Positions 9,276 to 17,873 of a stretch of 32,000 bases of DNA are shown one piece after another (within the stretch, counting starts at the first letter, position 1; every line of letters begins with the position of its first letter). The position numbers were made by a program, and so were the translations under genes. Source of the stretch: Modestobacter marinus (GTDB taxonomy: Bacteria; Actinomycetota; Actinomycetes; Mycobacteriales; Geodermatophilaceae); assembly GCF_019799945.1 (NCBI RefSeq), contig NZ_JABGCH010000002.1:294219-326218 (forward strand). The letters run 5' to 3'. Below the pieces are notes generated by a model. The model was given only the letters and a program-made list of their open reading frames with translations, ran no database searches and was not told where the DNA came from.

Positions 9276-11165
9276 ATGGGTGTCCTGCAGCCCCGGGGAT
9301 CCGTCTCCGACCGGCTCGCGGCTGCCGCGGCCACCGCGCTGGTCGGCCGCGCCGAGGAGCGCGCCCGCCTGACCGAGCTGCTCCGGCCGGACGGCCCGGC
9401 GGCGGTGTTCGTCCACGGCCCCGGCGGCATCGGCAAGACGTCACTGGTCGAGGCGACCCTGGCGGCGCTCCCCCTGCGCGCGGTGCACCTCGACGGCCGG
9501 CACACCGAACCGACGGTCCCCGGAGCGCTGGCCGCACTCGGGACGGCGCTCGGCGTGCCTGCCCCGCCGTCGGTCGCCGCGGCCGTCGACGCCATCGCCG
9601 GCGCGGGGGTCGACGTCCTCGTCGTCGACGCGTTCGAGCGGCTCAACCTGCTCGACGGCTGGATCCGCAACGACCTGGCCGCTGCCCTGCCCGCCACCGT
9701 TCCGGTCCTGCTGGTCGGCCGGCGCGGTCCCAACGTCGCCTGGCGCACCGCCCCCGGCTGGCGGACCCTGCTGGCCGAGCTGGCGGTCGGGCCCCTGCCG
9801 CCCGGGGACGTCGACAACCTCCTGGCCGCCCGCGGCGTGCGGGGCGCGGACGCCACGCGGATCCGGCGCTTCGCCCGCGGGCACCCCCTCGCCGCCGTCG
9901 TGGCCGCGGAGGCACTGGCCCGCCGTCCCGGGCTGCCGCTCGCGTCCGGCGCGCCGGCCGAGGTGGTCGAGGAGCTGTTCGCCGTCCTCCTCGACGACCT
10001 CGCGCCCGAGGAGCGGGCCACCGTGGAGGCCGCAGCGGTCCTCCGGCGGGTGACCCTGCCGCTGCTCGCCGCGGTCGTCGACGAGCAGGACCCGCAGGAT
10101 GCCTGGCGGACGCTGCGGTCGCTCCCGTTCACCACGGTCACCCGCACCGGACTGGAGTTCGCCGGGGTGGCGGCGACCGTCCTGCTGGAGGCGCTCGAGC
10201 TGCGCGACCCGGTCCGGGTCCGCGCGCTGCGGGCCCGCGCCGCCCGGACCATCCTCGCCGGCCTCGCCGCCGCCCCGGACTGGGAGGGCACCGCCGACCT
10301 GCTGCACCTCGTGCAGAACCCCCTGGTGCGCAACGCGTACGCGCCGCCAGGGCTGCTGCAGCACCCCGCCGAGCAGGCCCGCGCCGAGGACCACGACGCG
10401 GTCATCGCGATCGCCGCCCGGTTCGAGGGCCCGGAGTCCGCCCGGCTCGCCGAGCGGTGGTGGCGCGCCCGGAGGGACGCGTTCGCCGTGGTCCGCGGGG
10501 CGGACGGCGGTGTCGCCGGGTTCTCCGCCACGGCGGTGCTCGGCGCCCACCCCGGCGAGCTGGGGCAGGACCCGGCGGTGGCGGCCGCGGTCGCGCACCT
10601 GCGGCGCGAGCCGATGCCGCCGGGCGCGGACGCCCTCGTGTTCCGGTGGGCGCTGGGCAGCCGGGCCGGTGAGCGGAGCAGCCCGGAGGTGGGCACGCTC
10701 GTCGTCGACCTCAAGCGCACCTACCTCGAGATGCGGGCCACGCTGCGCCGGGTGTACTCCGTCGTCACCGACTGGCCGGCCGCCGCCCCGGTGCTGCGGG
10801 TCATGGGCTTCGACGTCGTCGGGGAGGTCGCCGTCGGCGACCGGCGCCTCGTCCTGGTGTGCCTGGACTTCGGAGCCGGCGGGGTGGACGGCTGGATCGG
10901 CCGCCACGTGCTGGCCGAGCAGGCCACCCCCTCCCCCGGGAGCCCGCCGGAACGGGCCCGGCCGTCGGTGCTGACGCTCACCGGCCGGGAGCAGGAGGTC
11001 CTCGCCCTGCTCGCCGACGGGATGACCAACGTGCAGCTGGCGGAGACGCTCTTCATCAGCGAGCGCACCGCCAACCGGCACGTCAGCAACATCTTCATCA
11101 AGCTGGGCGTGCACAACCGCACCCAGGCGGCGCGGGCGGCGGTGGCCGCGGGGCTGGTCGGCTGA
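9276..11165 (+). CDS. ATPase-LuxR family transcriptional regulator (AAA/STAND N-terminus, LuxR HTH C-terminus)
   Basis: Walker A VHGPGGIGKTSLV and Walker B DVLVVDAFERL. C-terminal HTH: LTGREQEVLALLADGMTNVQLAETLFISERTANRHVSNIFIKLGV. Confidence 0.85.
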   Translation: MGVLQPRGSVSDRLAAAAATALVGRAEERARLTELLRPDGPAAVFVHGPGGIGKTSLVEATLAALPLRAVHLDGRHTEPTVPGALAALGTALGVPAPPSVAAAVDAIAGAGVDVLVVDAFERLNLLDGWIRNDLAAALPATVPVLLVGRRGPNVAWRTAPGWRTLLAELAVGPLPPGDVDNLLAARGVRGADATRIRRFARGHPLAAVVAAEALARRPGLPLASGAPAEVVEELFAVLLDDLAPEERATVEAAAVLRRVTLPLLAAVVDEQDPQDAWRTLRSLPFTTVTRTGLEFAGVAATVLLEALELRDPVRVRALRARAARTILAGLAAAPDWEGTADLLHLVQNPLVRNAYAPPGLLQHPAEQARAEDHDAVIAIAARFEGPESARLAERWWRARRDAFAVVRGADGGVAGFSATAVLGAHPGELGQDPAVAAAVAHLRREPMPPGADALVFRWALGSRAGERSSPEVGTLVVDLKRTYLEMRATLRRVYSVVTDWPAAAPVLRVMGFDVVGEVAVGDRRLVLVCLDFGAGGVDGWIGRHVLAEQATPSPGSPPERARPSVLTLTGREQEVLALLADGMTNVQLAETLFISERTANRHVSNIFIKLGVHNRTQAARAAVAAGLVG

Positions 11166-11168
11166 CCG

Positions 11169-12350
11169 TCACCAGCGGGGTCCGGCCGGGTCCACGCCCA
11201 GCAGCGCCTTGCCGATCACCTCGTGCGTGAACGCGTCGCTGCCCGGGTGGAACCGCGCCGCCCGCACGTCCCGCGACAGCCGCTCCAGCTCCGTCCCCCG
11301 CCGGAACGAGGCGCCGCCGACGACCTCGCAGGCCAGGTCCACGACCCGGTTCGCGGCCACGGTGGCCTGCCACTTGGCCGCCAGCACCTTCGGGCCCCAC
11401 AGCGGTCCGTGGTCGACGCCGGCCACCCAGTCCCGGGCGACCGCGTCGACGCAGCCGCGGGCCGCGTCCAGCGCCAGGTACATGTCCGCGACCTGGGAGT
11501 GCACCAGGGGGTGGTGCGCGAAGGTGCCGCGCGGGATCGCGATGGACCTGCGCCGGGCCGCCTGCGCGACCGCGATCTCCAGCGCGCGCTCGGCGATGCC
11601 GACGTAGACGTTGGCGATCAGGGTCAGCGCCCAGATCTGCATGACCGTGACCGCCGGATGCGCGGCCGGGCCGGCCGGGACGATGCAGAGCACGTCGGAG
11701 TCCGGCACGAACACGTCGTCGAGGACGGTGTCGTGGCTCTCGGTGGCCCGCATCCCCTGGGCGTCCCAGTTGCGGACCGTCGTCACACCGGCGGCGGTGT
11801 GGGAGACGAACCCGTGCACCACTACGGGCCCGGCCGGGTCGGAGGAGTCCATGGCGTGGAACCCCAGCCGGTCCCAGTGCTCGCCGAGGGAACCGAACAT
11901 CTTGCGCCCGGTGATCCGCCAGCCGCCCGCCACCCGGCGGGCGGACGCGGTGGACAGCGCCACCGGGACGTCGTTGCCGGCCTCGGCGTGCCCGGAGGCG
12001 AGCAGCTCGCCGTCGGCCACGTACCCCGCGATGAGGTCCGCACCCGGCAGCCCTATCCGGTGCAGGTCGGCGGCCAGGCCGACCCAGTAGTGGTGCATGC
12101 ACGTCGACAGCGCGGTGGCCGGGGAGAAACGCGCCATTCGGCGCTGCTCCCTGGCGAGGGCGGCGAGGTCGAGGCCGAGGCCGCCGAAGTCCTCGGGCAG
12201 CGCCGCCCGGAACCAGTCGGCGGCCCGCAGGTCGGCGAGGTCGTCGACGGGGTAGACAGCCGCGGCATCGGCGTCCGCGGCGCGCTCGCGGAGCCGGAGC
12301 AGCGTCTCCTCGGACAGCGAGCGGGTCCTGGGGCGAGTGGTGGTGTCCAT
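11169..12350 (-). CDS. Acyl-CoA dehydrogenase-family protein
   Basis: 393 aa from ATG 12350. ACAD three-domain layout seen by eye (GWRITGRKMFGSLG, MRATESHDTVLDDVFVPD, C-terminal helical domain with GGASFRRGTELERLSRDVRAARFHP). Converges on the LuxR stop with a 3-bp gap. Confidence 0.85.
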   Translation of the reverse strand: MDTTTRPRTRSLSEETLLRLRERAADADAAAVYPVDDLADLRAADWFRAALPEDFGGLGLDLAALAREQRRMARFSPATALSTCMHHYWVGLAADLHRIGLPGADLIAGYVADGELLASGHAEAGNDVPVALSTASARRVAGGWRITGRKMFGSLGEHWDRLGFHAMDSSDPAGPVVVHGFVSHTAAGVTTVRNWDAQGMRATESHDTVLDDVFVPDSDVLCIVPAGPAAHPAVTVMQIWALTLIANVYVGIAERALEIAVAQAARRRSIAIPRGTFAHHPLVHSQVADMYLALDAARGCVDAVARDWVAGVDHGPLWGPKVLAAKWQATVAANRVVDLACEVVGGASFRRGTELERLSRDVRAARFHPGSDAFTHEVIGKALLGVDPAGPRW

Positions 12351-12358
12351 GGCCGGAG

Positions 12359-12364
12359 AAGCTA
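12359..12364 (-). promoter_or_regulatory. Candidate -10 hexamer TAGCTT, 8 nt before ATG 12350
   Basis: The minus strand reads cTAGCTTctccggccATG. It is a TANNNT hexamer with no RBS. Confidence 0.3.
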
Positions 12365-12396
12365 GGAGCGGCGCCGTGCCGCCCTCATCCGGCGAA

Positions 12397-12430
12397 CGCT
12401 CCATCCGTCGCTCCATCCCGGGATGGAGCG
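12397..12430. promoter_or_regulatory. Candidate operator: perfect 22-bp palindrome plus a third direct half-site
   Basis: CGCTCCATCC (12397-12406), gt, CGCTCCATCC (12409-18), cg, GGATGGAGCG (12421-30). Positions 12409-12430 are fully self-complementary. It sits in the divergent ACAD / YdhR-like intergenic region. Confidence 0.45.
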
Positions 12431-12461
12431 TCCGGCCGATGAGCGGGCCGGCCGGTGTCCC

Positions 12462-12467
12462 TAGCGT
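12462..12467 (+). promoter_or_regulatory. Candidate -10 hexamer TAGCGT for the YdhR-like gene
   Basis: cccTAGCGTcg lies about 37 nt upstream of ATG 12505. A leader carrying AGGAGG (12492-12497) follows. Confidence 0.35.
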
Positions 12468-12504
12468 CGTCCTCCGTCAGCACCGACCGCCAGGAGGCAC
12501 CGTC

Positions 12505-12816
12505 ATGTACGTCCGCATCGTCACCTTCGGCCTGTCCGTCCCGGCCGAGGACTACGCCCGCTCGGCCGTCGCCGTCGCGCCCGCGTTCGTCGAGTGGCCC
12601 GGCCTGCTGGCCAAGTGGTGGCTCGGCGACGCCGCGTCCGGCACCTACGGCGGGGTGTACCTCTTCGCCTCGCGGGAGGACGCCGACCGGTCCCGCGACA
12701 CCGAGGTGTTCCGGGGCATGGCGGCCAACCCGGCGCTGCACGGGATCAGCGTCCGGGAGTTCGACGTCCTGGACGCACCGACCGCCGTGACCGCACCGAG
12801 CCTCCGGGCGGCGTGA
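12505..12816 (+). CDS. YdhR-like (dimeric alpha/beta-barrel, monooxygenase-like) protein
   Basis: 103 aa from ATG 12505 after AGGAGG. The sequence MYVRIVTFGL...GGVYLFASREDA...REFDVLD resembles E. coli YdhR by eye. Confidence 0.7.
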   Translation: MYVRIVTFGLSVPAEDYARSAVAVAPAFVEWPGLLAKWWLGDAASGTYGGVYLFASREDADRSRDTEVFRGMAANPALHGISVREFDVLDAPTAVTAPSLRAA

Positions 12817-12855
12817 CCTGGGGCGTCCCCGCCCGCCTCCCGTGGGTCTGCGGGG

Positions 12856-12885
12856 GTCAGAAGGAGAACAGTCAGAAGGAGAACC
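12856..12885. repeat. 15-bp tandem duplication (GTCAGAAGGAGAACA / GTCAGAAGGAGAACC) spanning a stop codon
   Basis: Two adjacent copies match at 14 of 15 positions. The second copy holds the stop and last codons (..GFSF*) of the minus-strand gene 12872..13684. The first copy is a non-coding replica just downstream. Confidence 0.9.
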
Positions 12886-13684
12886 CGCTGCAGGTGCGGT
12901 CGTAGTCGCGGGTGTCGTCGTACCACTGCGCGATGTAGACGGGACCGCCCGAGAAGCTGGGTTGCGAGCAGCGCTCGAGCGCCTCGTCCGGGTGCTGGAG
13001 CCTGCCGGCCGTCGCCCACACCGGGACGGTCGGGAGGTCCCAGTTGCCGGTGATCTCCCGCCACCCGGCGCTGTACGAGTACAGGCCGTAGGCGAAGCCG
13101 TTGTCCTCCAGTCCCCGCATGAGGCCCTCGAGCACGAAGCGGTTCTCCTCCTCGCGCGCCGGTGATCCCATCGGCCAGGGCTGGGCCCGCTGCGCCTCGA
13201 CGTCGATCCACACCATCGGCGGGCGCCAGTCGAGGCCGTCCATCGACTCCACGGCGAACTCCGCCGCGGCGTACCCGACGTTGCGCAACTGCCCCGCCCG
13301 CGTCACCTCCCAGGGCCCGTCGTCGCCGTGGGCCGCCAACTGGGCCGGCGAGGGGAACGTGCCCATCGCGTAGGCGTGGTTCGGCTTGTCGTGGTCGCGC
13401 ACCCAGCGGACCTGGTCGGCCAGGCACGGGTTCTCGGTGAACGCCCGCCCGCGGGTGAGGCCGACGATCACGAAGTCGGTCTCCTCCGGCGGCATGGGCA
13501 GTCCGTACCCCCCGTCGGCCGAGGAGCACTGCGGCCAGGAGATGTCGTGCCCGAACATCGTGTCGGCCCGGGCCGGGGAGGCCAGCGGGTGGATGAGGAA
13601 GGCCAGGAGCGCCGCGGTCAGCACCAGCGCCTTCCCCGGCCGAGAGCGGTCGCGTGTCCGGGGCCCGGCGTCGGCGGTGATCAT
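12872..13684 (-). CDS. Secreted glycoside-hydrolase-like protein (GH25/DUF1906-like fold)
   Basis: ATG 13684 follows AGGAGG. Signal peptide ALVLTAALLAFLIHPLASPARA. The mature start TMFGHDISWPQC... and FVIVGLTRG... resemble GH25/Rv2525c-like domains by eye. The function call is tentative. Confidence 0.65.
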   Translation of the reverse strand: MITADAGPRTRDRSRPGKALVLTAALLAFLIHPLASPARADTMFGHDISWPQCSSADGGYGLPMPPEETDFVIVGLTRGRAFTENPCLADQVRWVRDHDKPNHAYAMGTFPSPAQLAAHGDDGPWEVTRAGQLRNVGYAAAEFAVESMDGLDWRPPMVWIDVEAQRAQPWPMGSPAREEENRFVLEGLMRGLEDNGFAYGLYSYSAGWREITGNWDLPTVPVWATAGRLQHPDEALERCSQPSFSGGPVYIAQWYDDTRDYDRTCSGFSF

Positions 13685-13832
13685 CTCGCGCCTCCTGCGT
13701 TCGGCTGGCGGTCGGCAGTTCACGCAGTGTCCCGGTCGTGGCGGCGTTCGGGGACCCACTTCGCGGCCGAGGACGGCAATCCCGTTCCCGTGCGTCACCA
13801 CCCCGAGACGTTCCGGCGCGGCCGCACCTCAG

Positions 13833-13873
13833 CGCGGAGGCCGGGGGGCGTCGCCCGTACCCCGGCCTCCGCG
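13833..13873 (-). terminator. GC-rich hairpin (14-bp stem, 13-nt loop) about 35 nt after the CBM48 gene stop
   Basis: CGCGGAGGCCGGGG (13833-46) pairs perfectly with CCCCGGCCTCCGCG (13860-73). Confidence 0.5.
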
Positions 13874-13906
13874 ACCGGTGCCCCACCCGTCAGCCGACGG
13901 GACGGT

Positions 13907-14182
13907 TCATGGGACCAGGTACGCGCCCTGCGCATCGTGGCCGTCGACCTGCGGGTCGTCGAACCAGTGGCCGCCCTCGCCGAGGTAGCGGAAGTGGGTG
14001 CGGTGGCCCACCGGCAGGGCGATCGACACGCTGCGGGTTCCGTTGCTGCGCTTGCGCAGGACGTGCGTCCCCGGCGTCCAGTCGTTGAAGTCGCCCACGA
14101 CCGAGACGTGCGCGGGGCTGGTGTCCGGGTCCAGGACGAAGGTGACGTTGACGCCGGTCGCGGCCTTCTTGCGGCGGATCAT
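13907..14182 (-). CDS. Small isoamylase-N/CBM48 (glycogen-binding, E-set) domain protein
   Basis: 91 aa from ATG 14182: MIRRKK..VTFVLDPD..VSVVGDFNDWTPG..FRYLGEGGHWFDDP. The rest of track ORF 13907..15352 is spurious. Confidence 0.8.
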   Translation of the reverse strand: MIRRKKAATGVNVTFVLDPDTSPAHVSVVGDFNDWTPGTHVLRKRSNGTRSVSIALPVGHRTHFRYLGEGGHWFDDPQVDGHDAQGAYLVP

Positions 14183-14455
14183 GCTCGTGTCTCCGGTGAT
14201 CGGTGCCGAGGCAGGTCGGCCGTCCGGCCGTTCTGCGGTTGCGCCGCAGGGTAGCGGCGCGACGCGCCGGAGCGGGACCGAGGCGCCACGGCCGGGCATG
14301 AGCATGGTCACGTCCCCGTCGGACGGCGTCCGCCCAGGTCCGGGCTCTGGGACGCGGGGGACCGCCCGCTTCCGGACCGACCACGACGACGCCCTTGTGC
14401 GCGCCGCGCCGCGCGGAGGAGCCTCGGCACCGCACGGGGAGTTCGGAGTTCCGGC

Positions 14456-15181
14456 ATGACGCTGACGGAGACCGCGACGACGACCTGGCACTCCACCTGG
14501 CGCACGCGCACCGCGTTCTGGTGGATGGCGCTCAGCGCCCTCGCTATCGCCGTCTTCGCCCCGCTGCCGTACGCGGTGAACTCGCTTGCCGACCTCGCCG
14601 CTCAGGAGCAGCCGCTGGCCACCAACTACGCCGGCCGGTCGTCCGCCGTCCAGCTGGCGTTCTACCTGCACATCGCCTGCGGTGGTCTGGCCCTGCTGCT
14701 GTCCCCGCTGCAGTTCGCCACCCGGCTGCGCCTCCGCTCCCTCACCGCGCACCGGGCGGTCGGCCGCGTCGTCCTGGTCGCCATCGCCCTCTCCGGGCTC
14801 GCCGGGCTGGTCCTGGCGCCGCACAACGCCGCCGGCCCGGTCGGCACCGCGGGCTTCGGGCTGCTGGCGCTGCTGTGGCTGGGGTTCGCGGCGACCGCCT
14901 TCCGGGTCATCCGCCGGCGGGACGTGACCGCGCACCGGCGCTGGATGGTTCGCACCTTCGCGCTCACCTACGCCGCCGTCACACTCCGGCTGTGGCTCGG
15001 CGTGCTCACGACGGTCCAGATCGGGGTGTGGGGCGTGGACGGCGACACCGCGTTCGAACGCGCGTACCTGCTCGTGCCGTTCCTGTCCTGGGTGCCCAAC
15101 CTGCTCGTCGCGGAGTGGTACCTCGCCGTCCGCCGTCGCGCGGTCCCCGATCCCCTTACCCGGTCGGTCGCCGCGCCGTAG
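14456..15181 (+). CDS. DUF2306-type integral membrane protein
   Basis: 241 aa with about 6 TM segments. The conserved HRxxGR / HRRWM pattern (TAHRAVGRV, TAHRRWMVRTF) is typical of this family, from memory. Confidence 0.75.
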   Translation: MTLTETATTTWHSTWRTRTAFWWMALSALAIAVFAPLPYAVNSLADLAAQEQPLATNYAGRSSAVQLAFYLHIACGGLALLLSPLQFATRLRLRSLTAHRAVGRVVLVAIALSGLAGLVLAPHNAAGPVGTAGFGLLALLWLGFAATAFRVIRRRDVTAHRRWMVRTFALTYAAVTLRLWLGVLTTVQIGVWGVDGDTAFERAYLLVPFLSWVPNLLVAEWYLAVRRRAVPDPLTRSVAAP

Positions 15182-15203
15182 CCTCCCGGCGGGGTGAGTC
15201 TCC

Positions 15204-16226
15204 ATGCCGACGACGTTGTGCAGCCGCCCGTCCGGGCAGGCCGGCGGGCCCCGACGACCGGCGCGGCTCCGGGTCCTCGCCGCGGGAGTCCTCGTGCTCG
15301 CCGCCTGCGGGGAGCCGACCACCGACGCCGGCACCGCCGCGCAGGACCTCACCCTCTACACCTGCCTGAGCGACGAGACCGTCCAGCCGGTGATCGCGGC
15401 GTTCGAGGACAGCGCGCCGGGCGCCTCCGTCGACCTGTTCCGTGCCCCGACCGGTGAGCTGAACGCGCGGGTGGCGGCCGACGTGCGGTCCGGCGGGCTG
15501 CGGGCCGACGTCTTCTGGGGGTGCGACCCGCTCACCGTGCAGGACCTGGTCGACCAGGGCCTGGTGGGTGGCTGGACGCCGCCGGAGGCCGACGCGATCC
15601 CCGCCCAGTTCCGCACCGCGGACTACGTCGGCGCGCACCTGCTGTACATGGTCGCGGTGCACCGCACGGACGTCCCGGCGCCCGCGACGTGGGCGGACCT
15701 GCCCGCGGCCGGGCGCACGGTCGCCGTCCCCGACCCCTCGGTGGCCGCCTCGGCCCTGGGCGCGCTCGGCTGGTTCGCCGCGGATCCCGGCTACGGCCTG
15801 GACTTCTACCAGCGGCTGGCGGACGCCGGCGCGGTCCAGGTGCGCACGCCGGACGAGGTCACCACCGGCGTGGCCCAGGGCCTCTACGACCTCGGCATGA
15901 CCACCGCGAACTCCGCCTACGCCGCGGTGGACGACGGGTCGCCGGTGGCCGTGGCGTGGCCGCAGCCGGGCGCGGTGGCGGTCTACGGACCCGTCGCGCT
16001 CGCCACCGCCAGCGCCGACTCCGCGGTCGCGCAGGACTTCATCTCCTTCGCCGTCGGCCCGGAGGGGCAGCAGACCATCGGCGCGTCCGGCTCATACCCC
16101 ACCCGGCCCGGCGTCACGGGGCCCTCCGTGCCCGCGGGGGCGCCGGTCGTCCATCCCGACTGGACGTCGATCGCCGCGGACCGGGACGCCGTCCTCGGTG
16201 GGTACCAGCGGGTCTTCGGCGGCTGA
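15204..16226 (+). CDS. ABC transporter substrate-binding lipoprotein (Fe(III)/FbpA-like family 1 SBP)
   Basis: Signal plus lipobox (RRPARLRVLAAGVLVLAAC). The body is a periplasmic-binding fold. It is first in an SBP-permease-ATPase operon. The start could also be TTG 15216. Confidence 0.8.
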   Translation: MPTTLCSRPSGQAGGPRRPARLRVLAAGVLVLAACGEPTTDAGTAAQDLTLYTCLSDETVQPVIAAFEDSAPGASVDLFRAPTGELNARVAADVRSGGLRADVFWGCDPLTVQDLVDQGLVGGWTPPEADAIPAQFRTADYVGAHLLYMVAVHRTDVPAPATWADLPAAGRTVAVPDPSVAASALGALGWFAADPGYGLDFYQRLADAGAVQVRTPDEVTTGVAQGLYDLGMTTANSAYAAVDDGSPVAVAWPQPGAVAVYGPVALATASADSAVAQDFISFAVGPEGQQTIGASGSYPTRPGVTGPSVPAGAPVVHPDWTSIAADRDAVLGGYQRVFGG

Positions 16227-16229
16227 CCG

Positions 16230-17873
16230 GTGTCCCGCGTGGGGCGGCCGGCCGGGGCCCGGACCGGCACCGCGGTCGCGGCCGTCGTCCTGCTGGCAGT
16301 GCTCGTCGGGTACCCGCTGCTGCGCCTGGCGCTCGTCGCGGCGGACGAGTGGCCCGGAGTGCGGCCCGCGGGGCTGGGTGAGGCGCTGCGGAACACCGTC
16401 GTCCTCGCCGGGGCCGTGACCCTCGCCGCCGTTCCGGTCGGGGTCGCCCTGGCCCTGGTCCTGCGGCGGCCCGACCTCCCCGGCCGGGCGCTGTGGCAGG
16501 CGGCCGTCCTGCTGCCGCTGCTCGTCCCCGACTTCGTGCTCGGCTACAGCTGGACCCAGGCCTACGCCCGGGCGGGCTTCACCGACACCCTGCTCGGGGT
16601 GCACTGGGCCGGCCTGCTCGGCCCGGCCGGGGTGTGGCTCGTCCTGGTCGTGAACGCGGCCCCGCTGGCGTACCTGGTCGTCGCCGTCGCGCTGGCTGCA
16701 CGGGCCGAGCCGGACCTCGAGCGGGCCGCGCGGATCTCCGGCGCGGGCGCCGCGACGACCGCGGTCACGGTGACGGTGCGGCTGGCGCTGCCGGCGGTGG
16801 CCGCGGCCGGCGTGCTGGTGTTCGTGCTGACCCTCGGCAGCTTCGCGATCCCCCAGGTGCTCGGCGCCCCCGCCGGCTTCCGCACCGTGACCACGCAGAT
16901 CTACGCCGACCTCTCGCTCGGCGGGGACCCCACCTCGTTCGTCCGGGCGGTCACGCTCGCGGTCGTCCTGGTGCTGGTCACCGCCGCCTGCACCGCCCCC
17001 GCCGACGTGCTGCTCGCTCCCCGGCTGCGGTCCCAGCGGCCGGCCGACGCCCGCCCGGCGGCCGCCCTCCCGGCACGCCCGGCGGTCCTGCGGGGACAGA
17101 CCCTCGCGCTGGGCGGCTACGCGGGCCTGACCGCGGGGCTCCCGCTCGCCGCGCTGCTGCTCGCCTCGATCACCCGGGCCGTGGGGGTGCCACCGACACC
17201 GGGCAACTGGGCGCTGGACCACTTCCGGACGGTGCTCACCCCGCGCACCGCGGAGGCGCTCGGGCGGAGCCTGGCCCTGGCGCTGGTGGCCGCCACGCTG
17301 CTCGTGCTGCTCGGTGGGCTGGTCGCCGTCGCGGAGCGCCGGCGCGCCGGGCGGACGGCGGCGACGCTGACCACCCTCACCCTCGTGCTGCCCGGCTCGA
17401 CGCTGGCGGTCGGGCTGCTGCTCGCCTACGGGCGCTGGCTGTCCGGGACGCTGACGCTGATCCTGCTGGCGTACCTGGCCAAGCTGTGGGCGGTCGCGCA
17501 CCGGCCGATCGCCGGCGCCCTCGACCGCTTCCCGCCCGACGAGTTGCGCGCCGCCCGGGTCAGCGGCGCGGGCGCGCTCACCGCCGTCCGCACCGTCGCG
17601 TTGCCGCCGCTCGCCCCGGCGTTGCTCGGCGCGTGGCTGCTGTGCTTCCTCACCGCCCTGCACGAGGTCACCATGTCCAGCCTGCTCTACGGCCCGGGCA
17701 GCGAGACGCTGGCCGTGGTGGTGCTCAACAGCCAGGAGCTCGGCCGGATCGGGCCGACCGCGGCGCTGTCCGTCGTCCTCACCGTGCTGGTCGCGCTCCC
17801 CGCGGGACTGCTGTGGTGGGCGTCCCGCCGGTGGTCCGCGCCGGCCCGCGAGGTGCCGGCCGGTGTCGGCTGA
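16230..17873 (+). CDS. ABC transporter permease, fused double-domain (FbpB/ThiP-like)
   Basis: 547 aa, about 12 TM, with two MetI-like halves each carrying an EAA-type loop (ERAARISGAG.., LRAARVSGAG..). GTG start lies 3 nt after the SBP stop. Confidence 0.85.
   Translation: MSRVGRPAGARTGTAVAAVVLLAVLVGYPLLRLALVAADEWPGVRPAGLGEALRNTVVLAGAVTLAAVPVGVALALVLRRPDLPGRALWQAAVLLPLLVPDFVLGYSWTQAYARAGFTDTLLGVHWAGLLGPAGVWLVLVVNAAPLAYLVVAVALAARAEPDLERAARISGAGAATTAVTVTVRLALPAVAAAGVLVFVLTLGSFAIPQVLGAPAGFRTVTTQIYADLSLGGDPTSFVRAVTLAVVLVLVTAACTAPADVLLAPRLRSQRPADARPAAALPARPAVLRGQTLALGGYAGLTAGLPLAALLLASITRAVGVPPTPGNWALDHFRTVLTPRTAEALGRSLALALVAATLLVLLGGLVAVAERRRAGRTAATLTTLTLVLPGSTLAVGLLLAYGRWLSGTLTLILLAYLAKLWAVAHRPIAGALDRFPPDELRAARVSGAGALTAVRTVALPPLAPALLGAWLLCFLTALHEVTMSSLLYGPGSETLAVVVLNSQELGRIGPTAALSVVLTVLVALPAGLLWWASRRWSAPAREVPAGVG

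Noticed and set aside
13907-15352. 481-aa minus-strand ORF covering the CBM48 gene and running antisense through the DUF2306 gene.
   Set aside because: Only the last 91 codons (from ATG 14182) give a recognisable domain. The upstream part is low-complexity and overlaps the well-supported plus-strand membrane protein and an intergenic region.
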